64,000 bases of DNA from NCBI GenBank assembly GCA_006226425.1, contig SBGX01000023.1, positions 7,603 through 71,602 on the forward strand, read 5' to 3'. Below, in pieces: positions 1 to 10,747 of this stretch. How positions within the stretch are numbered: position 1 is the stretch's first letter; each line of letters opens with the position of its first letter. Origin of the DNA: Bacteroidota bacterium. Its GTDB lineage: Bacteria > Bacteroidota > Bacteroidia > Flavobacteriales_D > Crocinitomicaceae. A program made the translations under genes and the position numbers. Below the pieces are notes generated by a model. The model saw only the letters and a list, made by a program, of their open reading frames with translations, was not told where the DNA came from and made no database searches.

Positions 1-154
1 AACAACGGTCACACACATAAAATTTCTCCTCGAATTCGACCTGTGTAAAAACGGTTTTACAATTCGGACACTTATGCCATAATCCTTCCGGAGTTTCTTT
101 TTTCTCTTTGGTAGAGGTTGTAATTCCCTCTCTTTTTCTTTTAAACCAACTCAT
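1..154 (-). CDS. accD: Acetyl-CoA carboxylase carboxyltransferase beta subunit, N-terminal fragment running off the window start
   Basis: Minus-strand translation from the ATG at 154..152 gives MSWFKRKREGITTSTKEKKETPEGLWHKCPNCKTVFTQVEFEEKFYVCDRC. This matches the characteristic AccD N-terminus and its C4 zinc-ribbon start (CPNC...CDRC). Confidence 0.7.
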   Translation of the reverse strand, partial: MSWFKRKREGITTSTKEKKETPEGLWHKCPNCKTVFTQVEFEEKFYVCDRC

Positions 155-184
155 CGTGTTCGGGTTTAAGCCCTTTCGGACGAT

Positions 185-1255
185 TTATGAAAGTGTGTTC
201 ACATTATTAAGGTCAGAGAAAGCCTGCTCCAATCGCTTGACAAAGGTCATTTCTCCTTCCCGAATCCACTTTCTCGGATCGTAATATTTTTTATTTGGCA
301 GATCAGCGCCTTCAGGGTTTCCAATTTGGCTTTTCAGATAATCGATTTTTGAGGTCATATAATCTCTGATTCCTTCTGTGAAAGCAAATTGCAAATCCGT
401 ATCAATATTCATTTTAATCACACCGTATCCGATCGCTTCTCTGATTTCCTCCAAAGAAGATCCTGAACCACCGTGAAAAACAAAGTCCACGGGATTCACT
501 CCAGTCTGGTATTTTTCCTGGATGTAGTCCTGTGAATTTTTCAGGATTTTCGGAGTTAACTTCACATTTCCTGGCTTGTAAACACCATGAACATTTCCAA
601 ATGCGGCCGCTACGGTGAAACGTGGACTAATCTTCAACAATTCTTCATAAGCATAGGCAACTTCAGAAGGTTGAGTGTACAGTTTGGAGCTATCTACATC
701 CGTATTGTCCACACCGTCTTCTTCACCTCCGGTAATTCCCAACTCGATTTCCAAGGTCATCCCCATTTTGCTCATACGCTCCAGGTAGTTCTTGCAGATT
801 TCGATGTTTTCTTCGATTGGTTCCTCCGATAAATCAATCATGTGTGAGCTATACAAAGGTTTTCCGGTTTCAGCGAAAAATTTCTCACCAGCGTCCAATA
901 AACCATCGATCCATGGAAGTAATTTTTTAGCACAATGGTCCGTATGCAAGATCACAGTTACCCCGTATGCCTCAGCAAGGGTATGAATGTGTTTTGCCCC
1001 GGCAACGGCTCCGGCAATAGCTGCCTTTTGATTCTCATTAGACAGACTTTTTCCCGCGTTAAAGTGTGCTCCACCATTCGAGAACTGAATAATAACAGGT
1101 GCGTTCAACTTTGCACTTGTTTCCAGGACAGAATTAATCGTATTTGATCCTGTTACGTTAACAGCTGGTAAAGCAAATCCCTTTTCTTTAGCTAATTTGA
1201 AAATTTCCTGAACCTGATCTCCGGTTGCAACTCCTGGTTTGATATTGTGAGCCAT
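185..1255 (-). CDS. fbaA: Class II fructose-1,6-bisphosphate aldolase
   Basis: Full-length similarity to class II FBA (MAHNIKPGVATGDQVQEIF..., HTDHC motif). I moved the start to the internal Met at 1255 because the ORF-track N-terminal extension MLNFLIT is not typical of the family. Confidence 0.9.
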   Translation of the reverse strand: MAHNIKPGVATGDQVQEIFKLAKEKGFALPAVNVTGSNTINSVLETSAKLNAPVIIQFSNGGAHFNAGKSLSNENQKAAIAGAVAGAKHIHTLAEAYGVTVILHTDHCAKKLLPWIDGLLDAGEKFFAETGKPLYSSHMIDLSEEPIEENIEICKNYLERMSKMGMTLEIELGITGGEEDGVDNTDVDSSKLYTQPSEVAYAYEELLKISPRFTVAAAFGNVHGVYKPGNVKLTPKILKNSQDYIQEKYQTGVNPVDFVFHGGSGSSLEEIREAIGYGVIKMNIDTDLQFAFTEGIRDYMTSKIDYLKSQIGNPEGADLPNKKYYDPRKWIREGEMTFVKRLEQAFSDLNNVNTLS

Positions 1256-1335
1256 AGTGATTAAAAAATTTAGCAAGCAAAATTAGTAAATATTTTCAGA
1301 ACAAAAGGCATGAATCAGGCTTCCTTTTTGCCTTT

Positions 1336-2052
1336 CTAGGACTGTGAAATGCCGATTGAAAACAGGACTGGAACCTTATTCAGGTCGTAGGCAAGCTTCC
1401 TCCATTCCCTGACGGTATATGTTTGCACTTTTTCATTTGGGAGGGTCAGGTTGGAGGCGATGGACAATTTGGTCTCATCGTGGAGTTCGTTGAGCAAGTC
1501 TTCCAGGACGTTCATATTTCTGAATGGAGTGTCCATAAAGAGATGCGTAGAACCTTCTTTTTGACTCAGATACTCAAACTGTTTCAAGCTTCTAATTCGA
1601 TCTTTGCGATCCTTGGGGAGGTAACCGTGAAAACTAAAATGTTGCCCGTTAAAACCGCTTCCCATGAGCGCCAATAAGATGCTTGAAGGGCCAACGAGAG
1701 GTTGTACCCGAATTCCAAGCTCATGCGCCCTGGCAACCAATCGAGCTCCAGGGTCTGCTACTCCCGGACAGCCGGCCTCGGAAATAATGGCCAGATCGTT
1801 TCCGGCCAGCAGGCACTTGGCTTGTTGCTCGATAGCACCTCCTTCCGTCTTTTTGTTCAGCACATAAAACTGGGAGTCGTCAATTGGAAATTGACGGTCC
1901 AACTTACGAAGCAAGCGTCTGGCCGAACGTACATCTTCTACGGAAAAATGCCTGATATGCTGGATGAGCCCGGCCACTTCTGCAGGGATCACATGCCCAC
2001 TTTGTTCACTTCCGAGCGTGTTGGGGAATAAATATAAGTTTCCGATAGCCAT
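1336..2052 (-). CDS. Tetrapyrrole-methylase-family SAM-dependent methyltransferase (RsmI-like)
   Basis: 238 aa with the TP_methylase fold signature (ISEAGCPGVADPG, GPSSILLAL). Its end overlaps the upstream LMW-PTP gene by 1 nt, which suggests an operon. Confidence 0.65.
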   Translation of the reverse strand: MAIGNLYLFPNTLGSEQSGHVIPAEVAGLIQHIRHFSVEDVRSARRLLRKLDRQFPIDDSQFYVLNKKTEGGAIEQQAKCLLAGNDLAIISEAGCPGVADPGARLVARAHELGIRVQPLVGPSSILLALMGSGFNGQHFSFHGYLPKDRKDRIRSLKQFEYLSQKEGSTHLFMDTPFRNMNVLEDLLNELHDETKLSIASNLTLPNEKVQTYTVREWRKLAYDLNKVPVLFSIGISQS

Positions 2053-2501
2053 TAGTGAAGTGATTCCATGATTTTGTCGGTTGCCTCATCCAAAAGATCA
2101 TAGACATGATCAAAACCCGATTGCCCTCCATAATAAGGGTCAGGAACTTCGGAATCAGTTCCGAGGAGTTCGAGGACCAAACTTACTTTTTGTTCATCAG
2201 CCTGGTTTCTTGCCAGTCGGACTACATTCCCATAATTACTGTGATCCATGACATAGATTCGGTCAAAAGCATCAAAATCGCCTTGGCTGAACTGTCGGGC
2301 ACGCAAAAAGGAAATATCTGTCCCCCGGTTTTTCGCCGTTTGGATCATCCTGGGGTCGGGGGCTTCTCCGATGTGGTATCCTGCCGTTCCGGCCGAATCA
2401 ACTTCTGCATCAAGTCCGCTTTCGGTGACTTTCTTTCGAAGGATTCCATCTGCTAGTGGAGACCGGCAAATATTTCCGAGACATACAAAAAGTATTTTCA
2501 T
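2052..2501 (-). CDS. Low-molecular-weight protein tyrosine phosphatase
   Basis: N-terminal P-loop CLGNICRS (CX5R) and a DPYY motif near the C-terminus. The 149 aa size is typical of LMW-PTPs. Confidence 0.85.
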   Translation of the reverse strand: MKILFVCLGNICRSPLADGILRKKVTESGLDAEVDSAGTAGYHIGEAPDPRMIQTAKNRGTDISFLRARQFSQGDFDAFDRIYVMDHSNYGNVVRLARNQADEQKVSLVLELLGTDSEVPDPYYGGQSGFDHVYDLLDEATDKIMESLH

Positions 2502-2699
2502 TGTCCTTGTTTTGCTTCAAAATTACAACTTCTGATGAATCTGTTTGTTCAATAAAAAGCATAGTTTACATAATGGCAACCAACATTTGCTCATTGAACG
2601 TTAAAAAAGCTTAAATAGGAGTAACTAAACGGGTGCTTCATACGTATAATAATATAAGAAAGTTTCGAAAGAACATAACCACACCTAAATACCGACAGC

Positions 2700-3566
2700 A
2701 TGAGACAGTTAAAGATTACCAAACAAGTTACTAACCGGGAAGCCGCATCACTTGACAAATACCTACTTGAAATAGGCCGTGAAAAGATGATTTCCGCTGA
2801 AGAAGAAGTTCAATTAGCGTTAAGAATCAAGGAGGGAGACCAAAAAGCTTTGGAGAAATTGACCAGGGCAAATTTGAGATTTGTGGTTTCTGTGGCCAAA
2901 CAATACCAGAATCAGGGGCTGACCTTACCGGATTTGATCAATGAAGGAAACGTAGGACTAATTAAAGCAGCCGAACGTTTTGATGAAAGCCGTGGATTTA
3001 AGTTTATTTCTTACGCCGTATGGTGGATTCGTCAGTCGATTCTACAGGCATTGGCAGAACAAGCTCGGATTGTCAGATTACCATTGAATAAAATTGGTAC
3101 GATCAATAAAATCAATAAAGCATATTCCGAATTGGAACAGCATTTGGAACGTCCCCCTTCTGCCTCAGAATTGGCCGAACACATGGGGCTTTCAACGGAA
3201 GATGTTAGACAATCACTTCGGAATAATGGGAGACACGTCTCCATGGATGCGCCCTTGCTTGAAGGGGATGAAGGTTCTTCCAGCATGTATGATGTTTTAC
3301 CCAATGACCTGGCTGGTCCGGAACAGGATTTGGTCGTGGAATCACTCCGCAAGGATATTGAGCGTTCCCTTTCTACATTGACGATGAGGGAAGGAGAAGT
3401 CGTTCGTTTGTATTATGGATTGAATGGTCGCCCACCACATACCCTGGAGGAAATTGGAGAACGTTTTGATCTGACAAGAGAACGAGTAAGACAAATCAAG
3501 GAGAAGGCAATTCGCCGATTAAAGCATACTTCTCGAAGTCGGATGCTCAGATCATACCTGGGTTAG
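2700..3566 (+). CDS. rpoD: Primary RNA polymerase sigma factor (sigma-70/SigA, short Bacteroidota form)
   Basis: 288 aa carrying region 2 ([29 protein letters not shown]), region 3 and region 4 ([28 protein letters not shown]). Confidence 0.9.
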   Translation: MRQLKITKQVTNREAASLDKYLLEIGREKMISAEEEVQLALRIKEGDQKALEKLTRANLRFVVSVAKQYQNQGLTLPDLINEGNVGLIKAAERFDESRGFKFISYAVWWIRQSILQALAEQARIVRLPLNKIGTINKINKAYSELEQHLERPPSASELAEHMGLSTEDVRQSLRNNGRHVSMDAPLLEGDEGSSSMYDVLPNDLAGPEQDLVVESLRKDIERSLSTLTMREGEVVRLYYGLNGRPPHTLEEIGERFDLTRERVRQIKEKAIRRLKHTSRSRMLRSYLG

Positions 3567-6046
3567 GCAGGATCAACATCGACAACTACTCGAACAGCCT
3601 TGTTTGAAGGAACGCTGTAAAACTCGTCAATCAGACCGGTTAAGCGTTCCTTTACTTTTGTGTGGGAGGCTTCCCGCTCAATTTTAAGAATGATTTGTTT
3701 CTGATAGTATTGATTGATTCGTTGGATCATGGGAAACTCCGGTCCCAGGACCCGTTCCTTAAATACTTTTCGAAGACTCGAAGCAAGGCTTTGTGCCGAC
3801 TGATTGAGGGTATCTACATCCTTATGTTTTAAGGTGAGTTGAATCATTTTGTAAAAAGGAGGGTAGAAATAATTTCTTCGCTCGACAATCTCATTTGTGT
3901 AGAAACCTTCATAATCATGTTGGATCACTTTCTGAATGATCCAGTGTTCGGGATCTCCGGTTTGGATAATGACCTTCCCCCGTTCGTTTTTTCTTCCCGC
4001 TCTCCCTGCTACCTGGGTCATGAGCTGAAAACTGCGCTCAAAAGCTCTGAAGTCCGGGCGATTGAGAAGCATGTCAGCATCTAGAATCCCGACGAGTCCT
4101 ACATGATCAAAATCGAGTCCCTTGCTAAGCATCTGAGTTCCGATTAACAGATCGATCTGTCTGTTTTCAAACTGACTAATGATTTCCTGATAGGCATTTT
4201 TGGAACGGGTCGAATCAAGATCCATACGTGCTACTTGCCTGTCGGGGTAGAGAATGGCCAGTTCGTCTTCGATCTTCTCCGTTCCGAAACCGATCATTTT
4301 TAAGCGATTACTTCCACAATGATGGCAGGTTCCGATGGGGGCACTGGTGTATCCGCAGTAATGACATTTTAATCGGTTCGAGTGTTTGTGATAGGTTAGG
4401 GAAACATCGCAGTTTTCGCACTTTGGAGACCAGTTACATACCTCACAAGCCCAGAGGGGGGTGTATCCCCGTCGGTTCTGAAATAGAATAACTTGTTTTC
4501 CGTGTTCCAGTGTATGATTGATTTCTTCCAGTAAGAAAGAAGAGAAATGGGAATGCATGGTTTTTCGTTTCCGTTCCTTCCGAACATCGGCACAGCAAAT
4601 TTCAGGGAGTTGCAGCCCCTGATAGCGTTCTTTGAGTTCGATGAGCCCATACTTTCCGCTTTTCGCATGATAGTAACTCTCGACGGAAGGTGTTGCGGAT
4701 CCCATCAGGACTTTTGCTCCTTGCATCTGCGCGAGTACAATCGCGCAATCTCTTCCGTGATATCTTGGAGAAGGATCATATTGCTTGAAGGAGGACTCAT
4801 GCTCTTCATCGATGATGACCAATCCCAGGTTTTTGAAGGGAAGAAAGACGGAAGAACGGGCTCCCAGAATGATTCGAAAACGTTCCGGATGATCGTTTAG
4901 GATGTGATTCCATATTTCGACTCGCTCATTCTGATTGAATTTGGAGTGGTATACGCCAACTAAATCACCAAAGTAGGCTGATAAACGTTGGATCAGTTGG
5001 GTGGTCAGGGCGATTTCCGGGAGCAGGAATAATACTTGCTTTCCTGCTTCCAACTGCTCTCGGATCAATTCGACATAGATTTCAGTCTTTCCCGACCCTG
5101 TGACTCCATGTAGTAAACAAATATCTTTGGATTGATGCTCAATACGTATTTCCTTCAGCGCTCGTTGTTGTTCTACTGAGAGCGTTTTTAATTCGTTTAG
5201 CTCCTTTTGATTTGTTGTCAAACGATCGATCTGCAAACGTTCAGACCTCAGGACACCTTTCTTTTCGAGTGTATTTATGGCGGAAACAGATAGGGATGCC
5301 TCCTGCAATTCTTTTCTGGAAATATATGGTTCGGCCCCTTTTTTACCAAACATTTTCTGAGCGAAGTAAAGAACGATTTCAAGTTGTTTTTCAAGCTGTT
5401 TTCCACGTTCCAGACTTTCTAGCAATTTGTGTAACTCTTCCTCCTGATGAAAACCTTCGTCCAGGCAATAGTAAACTGCCGTTTTAGGTGTGTAGCGATG
5501 ATTCAGTTCTTCCTGGGAAAGAATAATCTTTCGGTCGATTAGTTCCTTAATAATTGGCTGAATGGTCTTAATCCCAACGATTTCCGAGATACTTTTTAAA
5601 TCTAGTATTTCCTGAATTTCCAGCGCTTCGACAATTTGCAACTGTCGTTCGTTCAGAGCTCGCGTGTCTCCATTAAAATCCGGATGCAAAATAACTTTGG
5701 TCTCAGATGCCAGTTTGAAGTTAGAAGGGAGGGAGGCGTTCATGACGTCTCCGATTGGAGCCATGTAATAAGACGAAATCCACTTCCAGAAACGGTATTG
5801 AGTTCCGGTAATAATAGGAGCGTCATCTAACAGGTGTTCAATGTATCTTGCCTGATATCCCTGCGGGACTTCTTCATGTATTCTGGTGGCAATTCCGGTA
5901 TAAAGTTTTCCCCGTCCAAAGGGAACAATCACCCGCATTCCAGGCACAAGAATGTCATTTAGCTCATAGGGGACGCGATACGTAAACTCGTTTTTTACCG
6001 CTAATGGAATGATGACCTCGGCAAAGAAGGTTTTGCGTTCGCTCAT
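3563..6046 (-). CDS. priA: Primosomal protein N' (replication-restart helicase PriA)
   Basis: 827 aa with Walker [10 protein letters not shown], a DEEH box and a Cys-rich zinc-binding insert ([13 protein letters not shown]...CHYCG...CHHCG). Its 3' end overlaps rpoD convergently by 4 nt. Confidence 0.9.
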   Translation of the reverse strand: MSERKTFFAEVIIPLAVKNEFTYRVPYELNDILVPGMRVIVPFGRGKLYTGIATRIHEEVPQGYQARYIEHLLDDAPIITGTQYRFWKWISSYYMAPIGDVMNASLPSNFKLASETKVILHPDFNGDTRALNERQLQIVEALEIQEILDLKSISEIVGIKTIQPIIKELIDRKIILSQEELNHRYTPKTAVYYCLDEGFHQEEELHKLLESLERGKQLEKQLEIVLYFAQKMFGKKGAEPYISRKELQEASLSVSAINTLEKKGVLRSERLQIDRLTTNQKELNELKTLSVEQQRALKEIRIEHQSKDICLLHGVTGSGKTEIYVELIREQLEAGKQVLFLLPEIALTTQLIQRLSAYFGDLVGVYHSKFNQNERVEIWNHILNDHPERFRIILGARSSVFLPFKNLGLVIIDEEHESSFKQYDPSPRYHGRDCAIVLAQMQGAKVLMGSATPSVESYYHAKSGKYGLIELKERYQGLQLPEICCADVRKERKRKTMHSHFSSFLLEEINHTLEHGKQVILFQNRRGYTPLWACEVCNWSPKCENCDVSLTYHKHSNRLKCHYCGYTSAPIGTCHHCGSNRLKMIGFGTEKIEDELAILYPDRQVARMDLDSTRSKNAYQEIISQFENRQIDLLIGTQMLSKGLDFDHVGLVGILDADMLLNRPDFRAFERSFQLMTQVAGRAGRKNERGKVIIQTGDPEHWIIQKVIQHDYEGFYTNEIVERRNYFYPPFYKMIQLTLKHKDVDTLNQSAQSLASSLRKVFKERVLGPEFPMIQRINQYYQKQIILKIEREASHTKVKERLTGLIDEFYSVPSNKAVRVVVDVDPA

Positions 6047-6057
6047 TCCGTATCGTA

Positions 6058-7164
6058 CTAGTTACAGAAATACGACTCGCTTTGGTCTGCCGGGTTGTCA
6101 CTACAAAACAATAATTCTCCGGTGATTGTACCACTGCACAATTCGCGGGTTGAATTCTTGTTCAAACAGCGGTAGTAGGTAGGACCTACCTGAACCCAAT
6201 CCGGTTTTAAGCGCTCATAATCTCCCCGGGAAGAAAAAATCCCCAGAACACGCATATCATTCGTCGCTGTCAAATTGGTGTAGATGGGTTTACTTTGAGT
6301 AAGGCTGGACGAAGGCTTATTGACCAGCATATACTTCTGTAGATTTTCATCCGCTCCGTATTCGGAAATAAGGATAGACTTCAGTTGACGCTTGGTAATT
6401 TGAGGATTATTTGTGGCGTTTTGTTTGACCAATTCGTAAAAAGTTTTCCCGTTTGCCACAGTCGAAACACTTGTACCGTTCAGGTCACCTCCCTCAAACT
6501 CACGGATCACCCACTTAAATGATTTGGTGGCGAAGAGATCCTGCCCAATAAACTCTTCAAATGAAACAGTTAAACTGACCTCCAGTTTGGAGGCATTTCC
6601 TGTATTCACGCTAATCGTCGTATTGGCGTAACCATTTTCGCTAACATCCTGATTCGCAAAATTGAACTGAGAACTTTCTTTTGGAGCATTGATGAACATA
6701 TTCGAGACCAGAGTTGTTTCTCCAATAACAGAGAATTCTCCTCCGTTGATTTTGGCTTCCAGACGATAAATCGTCTTTCCATCATCAATTAGCTCGGTAC
6801 CAACCGGAGTTCTGAAATAGTAGAGTTTTTGTTCCGGATAGTAAAACACTCCAGGTTCCTTGTTGTCAATAATGGTGTCCTTCAAATCCCATGTTCTGGT
6901 AACCGTTCCGTTCACGATTTCCTGAATTGTTGCATCTACCTGATCAAAATAACTAGAGTCTGGAACAGCTGCAATTTCGAGGGCATTTCCACTTCCGAAA
7001 ATAGCTCTGTTAATACGCACAAAATGAAATTCTTCACTGGCATTTAACAGACCATAAATAACGGCTGTTTGTCTGCCGTCACTTTTTGAAACAACCTCTT
7101 CTTTGCAGGAGGTCATCAGGCCAGCAGTCAATACAACGAGTAAAAGCGGAAGTAATTTTCTCAT
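6058..7164 (-). CDS. Hypothetical lipoprotein
   Basis: Signal peptide plus lipobox (LTAGLMTSC). It ends with a Cys-rich C-terminus. No recognisable catalytic motifs. Confidence 0.5.
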   Translation of the reverse strand: MRKLLPLLLVVLTAGLMTSCKEEVVSKSDGRQTAVIYGLLNASEEFHFVRINRAIFGSGNALEIAAVPDSSYFDQVDATIQEIVNGTVTRTWDLKDTIIDNKEPGVFYYPEQKLYYFRTPVGTELIDDGKTIYRLEAKINGGEFSVIGETTLVSNMFINAPKESSQFNFANQDVSENGYANTTISVNTGNASKLEVSLTVSFEEFIGQDLFATKSFKWVIREFEGGDLNGTSVSTVANGKTFYELVKQNATNNPQITKRQLKSILISEYGADENLQKYMLVNKPSSSLTQSKPIYTNLTATNDMRVLGIFSSRGDYERLKPDWVQVGPTYYRCLNKNSTRELCSGTITGELLFCSDNPADQSESYFCN

Positions 7165-7259
7165 AATTCTTTATAAAGCGAATGTCAAATTTAGCTAAAT
7201 CCTTTCAATTTTTCCTTACCGGAAGATCAAGATTTTAGCTGCTTTAGTCAATGGTTTAC

Positions 7260-8324
7260 TTATTTGACCCGGTTGAGTCCCATGGTTTTCAACATCCATT
7301 TGGGAAGTTGTTTATTCGGATCCCTTTTTTTGAGGTTGATGTACCATCCCAACTTCTTGAGAATAGGAACTTTATGCGTTTCTACAAACTCAATCCAGGT
7401 TCCGTCAGGATCTTCGATATAGCTGAATCTTCCACCGGCTTCTCCCATATCAAATGTTTCTCCGGAATCAACGGTGAAAGGAAATCCTGCTGCTTCGCAG
7501 TCTTTTTTCAGTTGTTCCATGCCCTGGATATCAAAGCAGAGGTGGATGAACCCCCAATCTCCCCAATACCTGTTTTCAAATATTTTTCGGCAAGATGCCT
7601 GGTCGTTAGATTGGATCAATTCAATCTCGCTGGGTCCAAGTAGGGCTGAAAACGGCCCCTTTCTTTCCTGGCTATGGCGAAGTAGTACCCGTCTAACTGA
7701 CTGGGTTCCGCGTGGCAGATTTTGAAAGGCTTCAAAGCTATCTGTTTGATCATAGACGATTTGGTCGTATCCAAGTACCCCCTGGTAAAGTGGAAGTGCT
7801 TTTTCGATGTTGCTGACACCGATCATAGCTCCTGCTACACCTCCCGTTTGGGCTGGGTGCCCCGTGTTACCAAACCAACCAAGTCCTTCGACGATATCAA
7901 AAAGATTCCCGTTCGGATCGCGCACTAAAAAGTGTTTTTTCCCTTCCGGAGTTTCCAGGAGTGGACTGACCAGATTAAGCTTGTTTTTTTGGAAATATTC
8001 GTACGTTTTTTCGGGATTGTAGGATTTGATTCGGCAAGCATATAGACCATAGTCTCCCAGTCCTAGTTCAAAATTTGCCTTTTCGGTATTTCTGGAAGTG
8101 TATTGCCAGATTTCAAAACCACCACCTCCGTTCATACTCAATGCCAGGGTGGCTGTTCTTTTATGGATTTCATTTCCGGTATATCTGGTCATTAATGGAG
8201 CTTCCGCCGCATCTTCGAAAACTTTGATATCAACTCCAAAATAGCTCCGATACCAGGGCCATATTTCAGAAACGTTGGGAACTCCAATTCCCATTTGTTG
8301 AATACCACAGATCACTTTTTCCAT
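7260..8324 (-). CDS. Two-domain VOC (glyoxalase/bleomycin-resistance/dioxygenase) family protein
   Basis: 354 aa with two tandem VOC-like modules (GIGVPNVSE..., GIQQMGIGV; second module HLCFD...). Confidence 0.55.
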   Translation of the reverse strand: MEKVICGIQQMGIGVPNVSEIWPWYRSYFGVDIKVFEDAAEAPLMTRYTGNEIHKRTATLALSMNGGGGFEIWQYTSRNTEKANFELGLGDYGLYACRIKSYNPEKTYEYFQKNKLNLVSPLLETPEGKKHFLVRDPNGNLFDIVEGLGWFGNTGHPAQTGGVAGAMIGVSNIEKALPLYQGVLGYDQIVYDQTDSFEAFQNLPRGTQSVRRVLLRHSQERKGPFSALLGPSEIELIQSNDQASCRKIFENRYWGDWGFIHLCFDIQGMEQLKKDCEAAGFPFTVDSGETFDMGEAGGRFSYIEDPDGTWIEFVETHKVPILKKLGWYINLKKRDPNKQLPKWMLKTMGLNRVK

Positions 8325-8356
8325 GCCTGAACTTTTGGCCGCTAAGGTAATGGTTT

Positions 8357-10630
8357 TTAGCGAATCGCCCGTTCGTTGAAAATCAGATAGCCATAGCTTA
8401 ATTGGAAGGCAAATGGTTTAGGTTGATTCGGAAAGTAATTGGTGGTAAATCTCATCGGGCCGATGGGACTATGGTAAATAAGCGAGCCAGAGAATAAGTA
8501 GCGGTCTCCCTTAAAGAGGTTGGAGTACCCAAAGGTGCCATCCTCGAAGCGAATCAGTTTTTTAAATGGCTGATAGTAGTAACCATCCAGGCGCACATCC
8601 AAATTGGATTTGATGGTGAAGATCAGATTGGCTCCTGCGCCGGCATGTTGTGGTGAACGATAATCGGGGAGGAAGTATCCCATCAGGTCTGGAATCGGAG
8701 CGAATTCGGTCGTGTTTAGTAAGGTGGCTGTATAGTTATTGAAAAGGGACTGACTATTCAGTACTGTTTTCAGATGTACTCCGAAATGAAAATGTTTGTA
8801 ATCGATTGGAAAGGTCTTGAATTCAGCGTTCAGTTGAATCCATTGGTGGTTTTTCTCACTGTCAAAGTCGATGATCGCTGTAGAGCCCGAAATACTGTGT
8901 TCTTTTCCGTTGATATAGCGAAATTTAATGCTGGCAAGGTGTCCTCCGTTGGCAAACTGTTTCTTGTTTAGGGTATTGAATTCTAGTGACCAGCTGAGAT
9001 GAATCCCTTTAAACCTGGTGAGGTCTGCAGTGTCTTTGCTGGTAAATATATCCGTTTGATAATAGGAATCTCTCAAATCAAATAATCGGGCATCCAGTAC
9101 ATTTTTCCCAGTATTTCCAACCGGATTTTTAATTTTTAATCCGTAGTAAAGCTCATTTTGAATGAGGAACGAGGGTTTTACATCTTCAAAAAAGGTGGCA
9201 CTACTTCGATAGTAGTCCCAGCGATTCATGGTAAAGTAGGGAGACAGGGAAATCGGATAATAATTCGGAATGGTCAGGTCACCATAGCTTCGGACCGAGC
9301 CGTAAAAACGACCGAAATAGGATTCCGCTTTTAATTTAAGGGCTACTTTTTTGATGTACAGGTAGTTCAGTCCAATGTACCCCGTGTTAATTGGTCGGGA
9401 AGAAAAATGCCCCCCAACTTCCAGTTTAAATTCTTTGGCTTTACTGACCTGTAGATTGAGATGATAGAGTGAGTCCATCAGATCCAGGGTTGGGAAGAGT
9501 TTATCCACCTGTTCAAAGCTTGAAGTCCGGAAGTATCTTTTGTTAAGTTTGTCTTCATGGACGATTTTATTTCCTTGTGGACGTAGGATTGACCTTCGGA
9601 CAAACTGAACATCATCTCTGTTTTTGTTGGTCGTATTGACCTGTGCAATTCTAAGTTCCGGAATTTGCGAACGAAACTGCTGACGTTTTAGTTTGATTTC
9701 TTCAGGAGTGGAGCGCTGTTGGATTTGTCCGTAAATGGAGTCAATGAGCTTTAGGGTACTTTCATAGCCCGTACGAATGGCGCTTTCGACTTCCGAAAAA
9801 GCAAAGGTATTCAGTTCGGTCTCTGGCTGGATAATAATTCCGTTTGGACAGGGAAGTTTAAAATTACTTTGTGAAACCAGCATATTGGTTACCTGGCTAA
9901 TCAGATTGTCTTCTGTCGGGCGGTCTGCATTGGAAGTCACATTGCTTCCGATAATGAAATCAGGATCAAATTCTTCATACATGACATCCAGCGGAAAGTT
10001 ATTATAAAGTCCACCATCGAAAAAAAGAGTGCCATCAATTTCGATCGGGCTGATGTAAAAGGGAAAGGTCATGGAAGCTCTCACCACCTGGTTTAACTTG
10101 CCCTGGCGAAAGGAGACACTTTTTTTATTGCGGATATCTGATGCCACACAACGAAAGGGAATCATTAGCTGATCAAAATCTTCCTGGGCACGAGCTCCGG
10201 CAGTTCCAAGAAGTCGCATCATTTCATAATCCAACAAGGTGGAACTGATTACGCTGGTTGGGAGTGATTTCAGCAGGAAACTGTCCTTGGAAATAGGAAT
10301 GTCCATGACACTGGCATCCCGATCATCTTCAAAGAAAAAGAATTGTTGCCCCCGCTCAAGCTGTCCTTTGGTCATTAGTTGGAAACGCTCACTAAGCACA
10401 AAATTCTCTAATTCCTGGGGAGAGTAACCACTAGCATATAGTGCTCCGACCAGCGCACCAGCAGAAGTTCCGGCGATGTAGTCAATAGGGATTTGTTTTT
10501 CTTCCAATGCTTTGAGAACTCCGATGTGTGCGAATCCTGAGGCACCACCGCCGCTAAGGACAAGCCCGACTTTTTGCGCCCAGAAAGAAGTGCAGATGAG
10601 TAGGGATACAATAACTAAGAGCGTTCTCAA
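8357..10630 (-). CDS. Patatin-like phospholipase with C-terminal Omp85-type beta-barrel (PlpD-like, type Vd architecture)
   Basis: Signal peptide. Patatin motifs are all present: GGGASGFAHIGV (oxyanion hole), AGTSAG (GxSxG) and FFDGG (catalytic Asp). A ~450 aa C-terminal region ends in an aromatic-rich beta-barrel signature (FQLSYGYLIFNERAIR). Confidence 0.8.
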   Translation of the reverse strand: MRTLLVIVSLLICTSFWAQKVGLVLSGGGASGFAHIGVLKALEEKQIPIDYIAGTSAGALVGALYASGYSPQELENFVLSERFQLMTKGQLERGQQFFFFEDDRDASVMDIPISKDSFLLKSLPTSVISSTLLDYEMMRLLGTAGARAQEDFDQLMIPFRCVASDIRNKKSVSFRQGKLNQVVRASMTFPFYISPIEIDGTLFFDGGLYNNFPLDVMYEEFDPDFIIGSNVTSNADRPTEDNLISQVTNMLVSQSNFKLPCPNGIIIQPETELNTFAFSEVESAIRTGYESTLKLIDSIYGQIQQRSTPEEIKLKRQQFRSQIPELRIAQVNTTNKNRDDVQFVRRSILRPQGNKIVHEDKLNKRYFRTSSFEQVDKLFPTLDLMDSLYHLNLQVSKAKEFKLEVGGHFSSRPINTGYIGLNYLYIKKVALKLKAESYFGRFYGSVRSYGDLTIPNYYPISLSPYFTMNRWDYYRSSATFFEDVKPSFLIQNELYYGLKIKNPVGNTGKNVLDARLFDLRDSYYQTDIFTSKDTADLTRFKGIHLSWSLEFNTLNKKQFANGGHLASIKFRYINGKEHSISGSTAIIDFDSEKNHQWIQLNAEFKTFPIDYKHFHFGVHLKTVLNSQSLFNNYTATLLNTTEFAPIPDLMGYFLPDYRSPQHAGAGANLIFTIKSNLDVRLDGYYYQPFKKLIRFEDGTFGYSNLFKGDRYLFSGSLIYHSPIGPMRFTTNYFPNQPKPFAFQLSYGYLIFNERAIR

Positions 10631-10747
10631 AACGAAATGGATTTATACAAAAATAAAATTTTCCTGAAAGCATTCAGAAAGTTCGCAAAGACGAAATTAG
10701 GACTGCTATTCCAGATAGTGTACTTTTGTCGAACTTATTTGGATTTT

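Noticed and set aside
587-1147. Short plus-strand ORFs (81, 64, 70 aa) inside fbaA
   Set aside because: They are entirely antisense to a highly conserved gene and have low-complexity composition. Similar antisense ORFs, such as 3032..3352, 16826..17104, 31588..32143 and 56366..57534, are rejected for the same reason.
2502-2699. Bacteroidota-type promoter (TTTG / TAnnTTTG) upstream of rpoD
   Set aside because: Only partial matches were visible by eye (for example TAgtTTAC), with non-canonical spacing. I did not report it as a feature without a TSS or a proper motif scan.
10637-10747. 37-codon N-terminal extension of the THUMP methyltransferase ORF in the six-frame track
   Set aside because: THUMP methyltransferases start at the MQQLTLIIKTLYG-type sequence found at 10748. 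The extension would also consume the divergent promoter region shared with the patatin gene.
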